Shown: positions 29,354 through 38,882, numbered from the stretch's first letter. The stretch: 64,000 nucleotides of DNA from Syntrophorhabdaceae bacterium (GCA_963666485.2 CAXXUO010000001.1:480001-544000); one strand, 5' to 3'. A program made the numbers and translations. The notes: generated by a model from the letters alone, not told the origin.

Positions 29354-30447
29354 AGATAACGTTGTCCATTATCAAGGCGGATATCGGAAGCATCGGCGGT
29401 CATCTCTGTCCAAGCAAACCACTCGTTGATAAGGTCAAAGATTTTGTAGCATCGGAGAGCAAGGACCTCGTGAGCGATTTCTTTGTAAGCCACACCGGCG
29501 ATGACATCGCAATTCTTTTTGCCCATTACAATGGCGAGGGATATGGGAAGCTCCACAAGCTCGCCTGGGATGCCTTCCTTGCAGGCACGCAGGTCGCGAA
29601 GGGCCAGGGCCTCTACGGCGCGGGGCAGGACCTGCTGAAAGACTCTTTTTCCGGCAACGTCAAGGGTATGGGCCCGGCCGTCGCCGAAATGGAGTTCGAG
29701 GAACGCACGAACGAGCCGTTCGTGATGTTCGCCGCTGACAAGACCGACCCGGGCGCATACAACCTGCCCCTTTATCTCATGTTCTGCGACCCGATGTATA
29801 ATTCCGGCCTCATCCTGTCCCCGAACATGGCCAAGGGCTTCAAGTTCGTCATAATGGACGTCGCGAACACCGAGGGCGACAAGGTCATCGAGCTCGAGGC
29901 ACCCGAGGAACTGTACGATATCGCGGCGCTCCTTCGCGATAACGAGCGGTACGTCGTCGAGAAGGTCTATTCCCGTGAAACAGGTGACATCGCGGCCTCA
30001 TGCTGCACGTCCCGCCTTCACAATATCGCGGGGAAATACACCGGAAAAGACGACCCGGTCATGCTCGTACGCTGCCAGGGCTCCTTCCCGGCAACGGGCG
30101 AAGTGCTCGCACCCTTCAACATCGGCCACTACGTCGCCGGCTTCATGCGCGGAAGCCACAACGGGCCTCTCATGCCTGTCAAGATGAACTCCACCGTTTC
30201 GTTCTTCGATGGCCCTCCCGTCGTCTCCGCGACGGGATTCTGTGTGCACGAAGGCAAACTGACCGACCCCGCGGACTGCTTCGATCACCCCTACTGGGAC
30301 TACATCAGGGCAAACGTCTCCCGCAAGGCGACAGAAATTCGCCAGCAGGGCTTCTCCGGAGCCGCAATGCTTCCGTACAGCGAACTGGAATATGGGGGGA
30401 TAGTGAAGAAGATGGAGAAACTGGAGCCGAGGTTTAAGGTGAGATGA
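29350..30447 (+). CDS. fbp: bifunctional fructose-1,6-bisphosphate aldolase/phosphatase (FBPase class V)
   Basis: IKADIGSIGGH, LYGAGQDLL, DKTDPGAYNLP, GKDDPV, MRGSHNGPLMP. Confidence 0.96.
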   Translation: MKITLSIIKADIGSIGGHLCPSKPLVDKVKDFVASESKDLVSDFFVSHTGDDIAILFAHYNGEGYGKLHKLAWDAFLAGTQVAKGQGLYGAGQDLLKDSFSGNVKGMGPAVAEMEFEERTNEPFVMFAADKTDPGAYNLPLYLMFCDPMYNSGLILSPNMAKGFKFVIMDVANTEGDKVIELEAPEELYDIAALLRDNERYVVEKVYSRETGDIAASCCTSRLHNIAGKYTGKDDPVMLVRCQGSFPATGEVLAPFNIGHYVAGFMRGSHNGPLMPVKMNSTVSFFDGPPVVSATGFCVHEGKLTDPADCFDHPYWDYIRANVSRKATEIRQQGFSGAAMLPYSELEYGGIVKKMEKLEPRFKVR

Positions 30448-30452
30448 AAACC

Positions 30453-30483
30453 GTTCTGCGTTCTGCGTTCTGCGTTCTGCGTT
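30453..30483. repeat. heptamer tandem repeat (GTTCTGC)x4
   Basis: Read directly, just after the fbp stop. Confidence 0.9.
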
Positions 30484-30624
30484 AGAACTGGTGCAAAATT
30501 TGTACTTTATTTAAGACCGTGTTAAGTTAAATGCCGAACTTGACATGGTCTTTTTTAATTATATGGGGTCTTTAAGGTAGAACATCATTTATGAAATTCC
30601 TGATTGAAAATCGCTGCCCTCTAG

Positions 30625-30741
30625 CCGTCATCCCGGCCCCCGAGCCGGGACCCAAGGTTTTTCTTTTAATCTTTTTAGGAGCCAAAGATAAAATAACAAA
30701 AAAACAAAACCTTGGGTCCCGGGTCAAGCCCGGGATGACGG
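30625..30741. repeat. inverted pair of REP-like palindromes (GTCATCCCGG...CCGGGA) around an AT-rich spacer
   Basis: Left arm ccgtcatcccgg-cccccgag-ccgggacccaaggttt. The reverse complement of the right arm is ccgtcatcccgg-gcttgac-ccgggacccaaggttt. Confidence 0.9.
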
Positions 30742-30787
30742 TGTTGGCGAGATCAAGGCAGAGTCGGAATCCAGGGTCCGAAACGAT

Positions 30788-32104
30788 ATGAAATTCTTGA
30801 TCGAAAATTTTGGCTGCCAGATGAATGACCATGACATGGAGAAAATGGGGTCTGTCCTCGTCGATCATGGACATTTGCCTGCGGCGGGCGTTGACGATGC
30901 CGACATTGTCATTGTCAATACGTGCTGCATCCGGGAGAAGGCGGAACAGAAATTCTACAGCCTCATGGGGAGGCTCCAGCATGTCCGGAGAAAGACGGGC
31001 CTTATCCTCGGGGTGACCGGGTGCATTGCGGAGCAGGAGAAAGAGAACATCTTCGAGCGCCTTCCGTTCATAGATTTCTCTCTCGGCCCGTCGAATATCC
31101 ACAAGGTCGCCGAGGCGGTCGACAATGCGAAGGAAAGCTTAAGGACAGAGGGGTTCGGCGATGACGGCTGCTCCCCATCCCTTCTGATCAGGCCGCACAA
31201 CACGCGGCAGGGGATCAAGGGTTTCGTGACCATCATGAAGGGCTGCAACAACTTTTGCAGCTACTGCGTTGTGCCCTATGTCAGGGGGCGCGAGGAGTCG
31301 AGACCGAGTGCGGATGTACTGTCCGAGGTCCGCGAGATGGCCGACCGCGGCATTATCGAGGTGACCCTTCTCGGGCAGAACGTCAATTCGTACAATAATG
31401 GCAGCGACGACCTGCCGTTCCCCGCACTCCTCAAAGAGATCGACGATATACCCGGGATCTCGCGGGTCCGGTTTGTGACATCGCACCCCAAGGACATTTC
31501 CCGGGAGCTCATCGCGTGCTTCGGAACGCTCGGGACCCTGTGTGAATCGATCCACCTGCCGTTCCAGTCAGGCTCCGACCGGATACTCAAACTGATGAAC
31601 AGGGGGTACACCGCGGCCGAGTACCTCGAAAAGGTCGACGCCCTGAAAAAGCAGTGCCCCGAAATATCGCTTACCGCCGACTGCATCGTCGGGTTCCCGG
31701 GCGAGACGGATGAAGATTTTGAACAGACGATGAAACTCGTGGAGAGCGTGAGGTTCGACGGCATATTCTCCTTTATTTACTCTGCCCGGAAATTCACCGC
31801 CGCGGCGAAGCTGACGGGGGCCGTCCCTTCGTCGGCCGCACACGAGCGGCTCGCGCGTTTTCAAAAACGCCAGAGGGAAATAACGCTCGAATCGAACAGG
31901 AATGTGGAGGGAAAAACGGTGGAAGTCCTCGTCGAGGGCCCGAGCAAGAACTCACCCGATGAACTCTCAGGCAGGACGCGGACCGGCAAGATAGTCAATT
32001 TTACGGGTAGCCCGGGCATGGTTTACAAATTAGTGGAAGTGAATATAATAAAAGGGTATGCTAATTCATTGCGGGGAAAGATAGAAAGCTCCCCGGGGAG
32101 GTAA
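30788..32104 (+). CDS. miaB: tRNA-2-methylthio-N6-isopentenyladenosine synthase MiaB
   Basis: FGCQMN, NTCCIRE, GCNNFCSYCVVP (radical SAM), LLGQNVN, TRAM domain. Confidence 0.96.
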   Translation: MKFLIENFGCQMNDHDMEKMGSVLVDHGHLPAAGVDDADIVIVNTCCIREKAEQKFYSLMGRLQHVRRKTGLILGVTGCIAEQEKENIFERLPFIDFSLGPSNIHKVAEAVDNAKESLRTEGFGDDGCSPSLLIRPHNTRQGIKGFVTIMKGCNNFCSYCVVPYVRGREESRPSADVLSEVREMADRGIIEVTLLGQNVNSYNNGSDDLPFPALLKEIDDIPGISRVRFVTSHPKDISRELIACFGTLGTLCESIHLPFQSGSDRILKLMNRGYTAAEYLEKVDALKKQCPEISLTADCIVGFPGETDEDFEQTMKLVESVRFDGIFSFIYSARKFTAAAKLTGAVPSSAAHERLARFQKRQREITLESNRNVEGKTVEVLVEGPSKNSPDELSGRTRTGKIVNFTGSPGMVYKLVEVNIIKGYANSLRGKIESSPGR

Positions 32105-32107
32105 GCG

Positions 32108-32608
32108 ATGCTCAAGGAGATGAAGGTAGCGGGCATCACGGTAGACCCGTTCACGAATACACCGATCGTCCTTTTAAAGGATTCAGAAGAAAAGGATGTC
32201 CTGCCGATCTGGATCGGGCTTCTCGAAGCGTCAAGCATCGCAACAGCCCTCGAGAACATCGAAACACCGCGTCCCATGACGCATGACCTGATAAAGAACA
32301 TCCTCGACAGCCTGAGCGTAAAGGTCCTCAAGATCGAGGTCAACGACCTCAAGGACAACACATATTATGCCCTGCTTCACATCGACGTGAACAAGAAGCG
32401 CATGGTCATCGACGCGCGCCCGAGCGACGCGATCGCCATCGCGCTGCGCACGGACGCCCCTATCTTTGTTGAAGAAAGCGTGATCCAGCGCTCGGCGAAG
32501 GTCGACCTCACGACCCAGAAAGAGGACAAGATCGTATCGGACAGCAGTGATTGGGAAGATATCCTGGAAAATCTCTCCCAGGATGACTTCGGCAAGTATA
32601 AAATGTAA
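32108..32608 (+). CDS. bifunctional nuclease family protein (DUF151)
   Basis: LPIWIG..EA, PRPMTHDL, DARPSDAIAIALR. Confidence 0.95.
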   Translation: MLKEMKVAGITVDPFTNTPIVLLKDSEEKDVLPIWIGLLEASSIATALENIETPRPMTHDLIKNILDSLSVKVLKIEVNDLKDNTYYALLHIDVNKKRMVIDARPSDAIAIALRTDAPIFVEESVIQRSAKVDLTTQKEDKIVSDSSDWEDILENLSQDDFGKYKM

Positions 32609-32610
32609 AT

Positions 32611-33261
32611 ATGATCGACCTGCACACGCACACCCTTTTAAGCGACGGCGAACTTCTGCCCCTTGAACTTGCCCGCCGGGCAAAGGTCAAGGGCTATACC
32701 ATTCTTGGCATTTCCGACCATGTCGACGTCACGACCATCGAAAAGACAGCCGAGTCCATATTAAAGATCACGAGATATGCCGAGCTCCATGAAGGGCTCA
32801 CGATCATACCGGGCTGCGAGCTTACGCATTGCCCCGCGAGGCAGATCGGGGAGCTTACGGAGCTTGCCCGCAAGCTCGGCTTCGCCTACGTTGTCGTTCA
32901 CGGGGAGACCATAGCGGAGCCCGTCGAGGCGGGGACCAATGCCGCCGCCATAGAGGCGGGCGTCGATATCCTCGCGCACCCCGGCCTTATTACGGAAAAA
33001 GAGGTGGAAGAAGCCAGGAACCGGGGCATCCTCCTCGAGATAAGCGCCCGGAAGGGACATTCTTTGACTAACGGGCACGTGGCGCGCCTCGCCAGGTCGC
33101 TTGGCGCCCGGCTTGTCCTCAACACGGACTCACACAGCCCGTCGGACCTGATAACGGATGACGAGGGCCGCAGCATAGTTCGGGGAGCTGGCCTTACGGT
33201 CGATGATTTCACGGAGATGCAGAAAAACGCCCGGACCCTCGTGCGGAAGATAACCGGCTGA
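32611..33261 (+). CDS. PHP-domain protein (histidinol-phosphatase-like)
   Basis: DLHTHT..SDG, SDH, HGET, LAHPG, NTDSH; adjacent to hisC. Confidence 0.88.
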   Translation: MIDLHTHTLLSDGELLPLELARRAKVKGYTILGISDHVDVTTIEKTAESILKITRYAELHEGLTIIPGCELTHCPARQIGELTELARKLGFAYVVVHGETIAEPVEAGTNAAAIEAGVDILAHPGLITEKEVEEARNRGILLEISARKGHSLTNGHVARLARSLGARLVLNTDSHSPSDLITDDEGRSIVRGAGLTVDDFTEMQKNARTLVRKITG

Positions 33262-33264
33262 CCG

Positions 33265-34329
33265 ATGAAATTCTCCATCAGCGACAGTGTGAAGAACATC
33301 CCTTATTACCCCAAAGCCCTCATGTACGGTCACGAGGACGGATGGGTGCGCCTATCCTCCAACGAGAACCCCTTCCCGCCGTCCGAGGCGGTCTTCGAGA
33401 CCATTCTCGACGCGCTTTTCGCTATAAACCGCTATCCCGGCGGGGAAAAGGAATTGAAGGACGACCTCGCCGCGCACTATGGGCTGTCCGCCGAGAACTT
33501 TGTCATCGGCAACGGGTCGAACGAGCTCATCGAGATGTCTCTCAGGGCAATGAAGCACGATACGCGCAATGGGGTCATCGTCACCGAATCATCGTTCGCA
33601 TTTTACGAGATAGCCGCAAAGATCTACGGGTATACGATAGAAAAGGTACCCCTGAAAGACCTGACCACGGACCTTAACGCCATTGCCGGTGCGATACATG
33701 AACGGACCAGGATCATTTTTCTCAACAACCCCCTGAACCCGACAGGGACTATGTACGGGGACCGGGAATTCGATGATTTTGTCCGGTCCATTCCCCCGGA
33801 TATCCTGATCGTTGTGGATGAAGCATACGCGGAGTTTGCGCAAAACGAACATTTCCCGACAACGCTCTCCTATATCAAGGACCATCCGGTTCTTATTTTC
33901 AGGACATTTTCCAAGGCATACGGCCTCGCGGGCCTCAGGGTAGGCTACGCGATCGGGGACCCGGGACTGATCTCCTTCCTCGAACGGACGAAGCAGCCCT
34001 TCAGCATCAACCTCATCGCCTGCCTCGCTGCACGCGCCGCATTGAAGGACAAGGCCCGGCTCAGGAAGGTCCTCGACAACAGCGCGAAGGCGCGGCGTTT
34101 TTACTACGACGCCCTCGAAGCCATGGGCCTTGCGTATGTCCCCTCCGAGGCTAATTTTGTGCTCATCCGCATAGGTGAGAGGGCGGAAGAGATTACCCGC
34201 ACGCTTTTCGACAGAAAAGTCCTTGTACGTTTCATGGGGTCCTACGGCTTTCCGGATTGCATCCGCATATCGTTCGGCACGCCCGCCGAGAACAAGCGGT
34301 GCATTGAAGAATTAAAGAAGCTGATCTGA
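33265..34329 (+). CDS. hisC: histidinol-phosphate aminotransferase
   Basis: LSSNENP, GNGSNE, NNPLNPTG, VDEAY.EF, RTFSKAYGLAGLRVGY. Confidence 0.93.
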   Translation: MKFSISDSVKNIPYYPKALMYGHEDGWVRLSSNENPFPPSEAVFETILDALFAINRYPGGEKELKDDLAAHYGLSAENFVIGNGSNELIEMSLRAMKHDTRNGVIVTESSFAFYEIAAKIYGYTIEKVPLKDLTTDLNAIAGAIHERTRIIFLNNPLNPTGTMYGDREFDDFVRSIPPDILIVVDEAYAEFAQNEHFPTTLSYIKDHPVLIFRTFSKAYGLAGLRVGYAIGDPGLISFLERTKQPFSINLIACLAARAALKDKARLRKVLDNSAKARRFYYDALEAMGLAYVPSEANFVLIRIGERAEEITRTLFDRKVLVRFMGSYGFPDCIRISFGTPAENKRCIEELKKLI

Positions 34330-34348
34330 TACCCTGCCGGCCTTTTTC

Positions 34349-35530
34349 CTATCCGTAGAGCGTTTTCATGAGAGTGGGCGGTTCGCCCGGACCGAATGCC
34401 GAGTCTTCGACCTTTTTGAGAAAGCGCCTGTAGAGCCTGGTTTGCTCCTCGAACTCGACAAGGAACGCATCGTGGCCGTAACTCGACCGCAATATGTGGC
34501 ACTTCGCGTCGATGCCGGCGGCCCGGCATATCTTGACGATATTCTGCGACTGATAGGGAGGATACAGCCAATCTCCCGAGAATGCGATGACAAGGAGCTT
34601 TGTCTTGATCCCCGCGAGAAATTTGGCCGCCGGGCTGTAATTCGCCATGCTGAAATAATCGGCCGCCCTCGTTATATACAGGTATGAATTCGGATCGAAA
34701 CGGTTAACGAAGTCGTATCCCCTGTAATGCAGGTAATTCTCTACCTCGAATTCCGGGCCGAACTTGAATTGTCGTGCCCCGTTCTTCGTTCGCCTGCCGA
34801 ATTTTTCGTTCATCGACGTATCGCTCATGTACGTGATATGCCCGATCATCCGGGCAACGCTCAGGCCTTTTTCCGGCACGCGCTTTCCGTAATAGTCCCC
34901 GTCGTTCCAGTTGGGGTCCGCCATGAGCGCCTGGCGCCCTGCCTCGTTGAACGCGATCTGCTGGGGCGTGTGCTCCCATGTGGTCGCGATGAGTATGGCC
35001 GAGGCCACCCTGTCCGGATATGAGACAACCCACTGCAGGGCCTGCATGCCCCCCATCGAGCCCCCTGCCACCGAAAGGAGCCTCGCGATGCCGAGATGAT
35101 CGAGGAGGCGCACCTGGGCATTCACCATATCGCGTATCGTGACAAGCGGGAAATCGAGCCCCCACGGCCTTTGCGTCGAAGGGCTCACAGATGACGGGCC
35201 CGTCGATCCCGCGCAGCCGCCGAGGACATTGCTGCAGATGACGAAATACTTTTCCGTGTCGAATGCCAGGCCGGGGCCTATCATATTGTGCCACCAGCCC
35301 GGCCCCTTCTGTCCTTTGTGAAAACCGGCGGCATGTGCATCCCCCGTCAGGGCGTGGAGGATAAGCACCGCGTTCGTGCGGTCCTCGTTCAGCTCCCCGT
35401 ATGTCTCGTAGCACAGGGTGACGGGGCTTAAGCTTTCACCGCTTTCCAGCATGAACCTGCCGGGCGGGCCGGCGAACGTAAAATACCGCGGCTCAACTAT
35501 TCCGATCCTGTCACGTTTCTTCTTCACCAT
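34349..35530 (-). CDS. metX: homoserine O-acetyltransferase
   Basis: HALTGDAH, GGSMGGMQ nucleophile, YGHDAFL. Confidence 0.95.
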   Translation of the reverse strand: MVKKKRDRIGIVEPRYFTFAGPPGRFMLESGESLSPVTLCYETYGELNEDRTNAVLILHALTGDAHAAGFHKGQKGPGWWHNMIGPGLAFDTEKYFVICSNVLGGCAGSTGPSSVSPSTQRPWGLDFPLVTIRDMVNAQVRLLDHLGIARLLSVAGGSMGGMQALQWVVSYPDRVASAILIATTWEHTPQQIAFNEAGRQALMADPNWNDGDYYGKRVPEKGLSVARMIGHITYMSDTSMNEKFGRRTKNGARQFKFGPEFEVENYLHYRGYDFVNRFDPNSYLYITRAADYFSMANYSPAAKFLAGIKTKLLVIAFSGDWLYPPYQSQNIVKICRAAGIDAKCHILRSSYGHDAFLVEFEEQTRLYRRFLKKVEDSAFGPGEPPTLMKTLYG

Positions 35531-35672
35531 TTTTCAGAACATTAGTTTTATCCGAACCCCTGCACTTATGCAACAGGAATCGGGAAATGGTTCCGCGGAA
35601 ATTTTCCGGGAACTTTTATATATCATACGGTGTCATATAAATTATGACAGATCGCAACGGATGGATGGAAGA

Positions 35673-35900
35673 ATGGAACTCAAAAGTTTAATGATATTGT
35701 TGATGTTCGCGATATTGACCGGATGTGCGGTCGCCCCTGTAGACCGGTACTACGCATCGGAACCATATTATGCTGCGCCCTGTTGTCCCCCTCCCCCGTG
35801 CTGCAGGCCCGCTTATGGATACTACGGCGGGTATAAAGGCATCTCCGGAGGAGGGTACGGTGGAGGGCACCACAAGTCCGGCTCCCGGCATCACCGGTAG
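35673..35900 (+). CDS. small lipoprotein, Cys/Pro/Tyr/Gly/His-rich
   Basis: Hydrophobic leader and lipobox LTGC, then CCPPPPCC and a GY/His-rich tail. Confidence 0.7.
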   Translation: MELKSLMILLMFAILTGCAVAPVDRYYASEPYYAAPCCPPPPCCRPAYGYYGGYKGISGGGYGGGHHKSGSRHHR

Positions 35901-35912
35901 ACAGCCCGCCTT

Positions 35913-37922
35913 TTAACCGCCGACAACGACAGTCCTCAAGACCTCTTCTACGCTGATCGCACCCTCCTTCGCCAGGATAAGGCAGTAATCCTTGAGTGAT
36001 ATCATGCCCGCCGCCAGGGCCGCATCCCGTATGGCCAGCGTGCTTGCGCCTTCGGCTATGAAATGGCGTATGTCCTCGTTGACATTCAAGACCTCGTATA
36101 CGCCGATCCTCCCCTTCGTCCCCTGATTCCTGCAGGCATCACAGCCTTTACCCCTGTAGAACGTCGTACCGGCGGGGAGCCCGAGGTATTCACACGCGGC
36201 CGCGTCTTCGTAGGCCTCCTTGCAGTTCGGGCAGATCTTCCTGACGAGCCTCTGGGCGACAACGCCGATGATAGAGGCGGAGACCAGGAACGGTTCTATC
36301 CCCATCTCCGTGAGACGCATGAACGTGCCGGGGGCGTCATTGGCGTGGAGGGTCGTAAAGACGAGGTGGCCGGTGAGGGCGGCTTCGACGGCGATCTTCG
36401 CCGTCTCCTTGTCCCTTGTTTCCCCGACGAGTATCACGTCCGGGTCCTGCCTGAGGAATGCCCTGAGGACACGGGCAAAGTCGAGGCCGATGTCATGGTT
36501 GACCTGTATTTGGTTGACACCCCTCAGATCATACTCGATCGGGTCCTCTGCCGTGGAGATATTCCTCTTCACATCATTGATCTCTGCAAGCGAGCTGTAC
36601 AGAGTTGTGCTCTTCCCCGAACCGGTGGGCCCCGTCACGTATATTATCCCGTACGGCTTCTTGATCATGTCCCGGACGAGGTTGAGGACCGGGGGATGGG
36701 ATATCAGCTTATCGAGCCCCAGGGTCGTATTTGTCTTGTCCAGGATCCTTGTACATATTTTTTCGCCGAACTTGGCAGGGACTGTGGACACGCGGAAGTC
36801 GATGGACTTGTTCCCCATCTTGATCGTTATACGGCCGTCCTGCGGCAGCCTTCTCTCCGTGATATCGAGCTTGGAGATGATCTTCACCCTGCTGATGAGG
36901 GGAAGCTGTATCTTCTTCGGGAGTACCATGTCCTCCTGCAGGTCCCCATCGACGCGATACCGTACCCTCACCTCTTTTTCCATGGGTTCGATATGGATAT
37001 CGCTCGCCCCCTTCTTCAGGGCCATGGCAATGATGCTGTTCGTCAACTTGATGATCGGGGCGCCTTCGGCCTCTTTTTCTATGTCGGGGATGCCGAGGTC
37101 CTCGTCGCCCCCTTCGTCCAGGGCAAACTCCTTGAGGATATCCGACTGGATATGGTCCATCGACTCGACAAAGCTTTCGATATCGAGGGAGTCGTCCTTG
37201 GTCAGGGTCTTGTATTCCGAATCCATGAATTTAAAAAAATCTTCCTCGTTGACAATGACGAGGTCAAAAAATACCTTCGGGTATTTCTGCTGTACCGCTT
37301 TTTTTATCTCGTCGATCGCCGTGACATTGCGCGCATCGACAACGGCCAGCGTGATCTTGCCATTCACATAGGACGTGGGCAGTATCTTATGCTTGCGCAC
37401 CAGATGCTCCGGGACGCAGGCCATAATGGAATCGTCGTGCTTGAGCGTATGAAGGGAGACGGTGCCGGGGGATTCCCTGTTCTTCATTTCCTCGATGCGG
37501 TCGGCAACGATCCTGCTCAGCTCTATCGACAAAGACTGGTGTTCATGAAGCAGCACGTCGAAATCGTTCTTCATGAGGACCAACACCTTCGTATTGCCGG
37601 ATGCCATAACGGTCGCGGAACGGGGGTTTCCCGTGAGCAGCGCCATTTCCCCGAAGGCAGCCCCGTCGCCCAGTGTCGTAATGGCGACATCGAAATCATT
37701 GTTCTTGGGGTCCCTTTTCCGTATCTCAACTTTTCCCTCGATGATGATAAACATCGCATCGCCGGGCGAGCCTTCGCGGACTATCGCGTGGTTCGGCGGA
37801 TATGACCTCTCGATCATCCTTGCAGAAAGCCTCAGCAGTTCTTCGTCAGGAAGGTCCCGAAAGATGTCCGTATTTTTTAACAGCGCCATCCTGTTGACGT
37901 TCGGCGTATTCATATCAGGCAT
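35913..37922 (-). CDS. PilB/GspE-type assembly ATPase with N-terminal cyclic-nucleotide-binding domain
   Basis: cNMP motif FGEMALLTGNPRSATV; ASDIHIEP, ERRLPQDG, GPTGSGKS, EDPIE, LRQDPD.ILVGETRD, TGHLVFTTLH, CxxC...CxxC. Confidence 0.93.
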   Translation of the reverse strand: MPDMNTPNVNRMALLKNTDIFRDLPDEELLRLSARMIERSYPPNHAIVREGSPGDAMFIIIEGKVEIRKRDPKNNDFDVAITTLGDGAAFGEMALLTGNPRSATVMASGNTKVLVLMKNDFDVLLHEHQSLSIELSRIVADRIEEMKNRESPGTVSLHTLKHDDSIMACVPEHLVRKHKILPTSYVNGKITLAVVDARNVTAIDEIKKAVQQKYPKVFFDLVIVNEEDFFKFMDSEYKTLTKDDSLDIESFVESMDHIQSDILKEFALDEGGDEDLGIPDIEKEAEGAPIIKLTNSIIAMALKKGASDIHIEPMEKEVRVRYRVDGDLQEDMVLPKKIQLPLISRVKIISKLDITERRLPQDGRITIKMGNKSIDFRVSTVPAKFGEKICTRILDKTNTTLGLDKLISHPPVLNLVRDMIKKPYGIIYVTGPTGSGKSTTLYSSLAEINDVKRNISTAEDPIEYDLRGVNQIQVNHDIGLDFARVLRAFLRQDPDVILVGETRDKETAKIAVEAALTGHLVFTTLHANDAPGTFMRLTEMGIEPFLVSASIIGVVAQRLVRKICPNCKEAYEDAAACEYLGLPAGTTFYRGKGCDACRNQGTKGRIGVYEVLNVNEDIRHFIAEGASTLAIRDAALAAGMISLKDYCLILAKEGAISVEEVLRTVVVGG

Positions 37923-37961
37923 ACTGCTTCCCTCCTTCACCCTTATAATACCGGAGAATAT

Positions 37962-38663
37962 TTATTTTTTGAAGTCCTGCGCGCATGCTTCCCCCTGGGC
38001 CGGTCCCGATTCCTTCAAGCTCCCCGTCTGCCCCTTTTTCCGGGCTGCCCAGTTAAGGACCCTCTGGCTTGCCTGCGGGCCCCACCCGACGATGATCTCC
38101 CCGTCCATGTCGATCGTCGGTACGGCGGTGCGGCCGGTCAACCTCTTCAGTTCTGCCACCCCTTGAGGGTCATTCCCGACATCGATCTCGGTATATGCGA
38201 TCCCGTTGTGCGAAAGAAACTCTTTCGCCTGTCTGGCATACGGTCATTGCGATGTCATAAAGAGCCGTAACTCCCCCTGTACGACATTCGCAGGTGTTTC
38301 CGGGCGTTGTCTTTTTAATAAGGGGTACCCGTAATACATGATCGCTATGCAGACGAGCACGATGACGATCACGGTCGGCGCAGCCGACCTTTTCTTCTTT
38401 ATGACGGGGCCCGGTGCTGTAATGTCCGGCTGCCGGTAACTGACCGAGCCCTGTTGCGGAGCGTTTCTTTCGGACCAGTATTTTCTGACTATTTCGTAGG
38501 CCGAACTTGCCTCTTTCAGCCTCTGCCAGGCTTCCGGGTCGCCGGATGATTGCTCGGCCTGGTATCTGCGTACCAGTTCACGGTACTTTGCCTCTATTTC
38601 GTTTAACTGCGCCGTTTCGGGAATATCGAGGACCTTGAACATCCTCTGGGTGAGCTCATCCAT
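37962..38663 (-). CDS. candidate selenoprotein: J-like domain + TM + glutaredoxin/NrdH-like domain (Sec UGA at 38246-38244), 233 aa
   Basis: ORFs 38244-38663 and 37962-38159 share a frame and are joined by one TGA plus 28 sense codons: LFMTSQ-U-PYARQAKEFLSHNGIAYTEIDVGNDPQGVAELKRLTGRTAVPTIDMDGEIIVGW. Confidence 0.85.
38210..38228 (-). promoter_or_regulatory. putative bacterial SECIS hairpin
   Basis: GCGAAAGA-GUU-UCUUUCGC, a perfect 8-bp stem starting 15 nt after the UGA, with G in the apical loop. Confidence 0.65.
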
Positions 38664-38882
38664 TTCATCCCCCTTATAGCGGTGGTATGTGCCGTATTTG
38701 GAAACCCAAGAATCATATATTAATAATTGTCGATTTTTATTGCAAAAACTTTGTGATATGGCGAGAATGACAAAACCGGGATAAATAAACCTAACAGAAT
38801 ATCTTCATCGGGAGTACAAGCCTGCTTCGGGCAGACTGGGCTTTTTTAAATCGATTAATTCCTCAGGGGGAGGTATATTCTC

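Noticed and set aside
36063..37805. 580-aa plus-strand ORF (likewise 25502-26803, 44814-45878, 55993-57015, 14807-15757)
   Set aside because: Antisense shadows of well-supported genes in GC-rich DNA, with no motifs.
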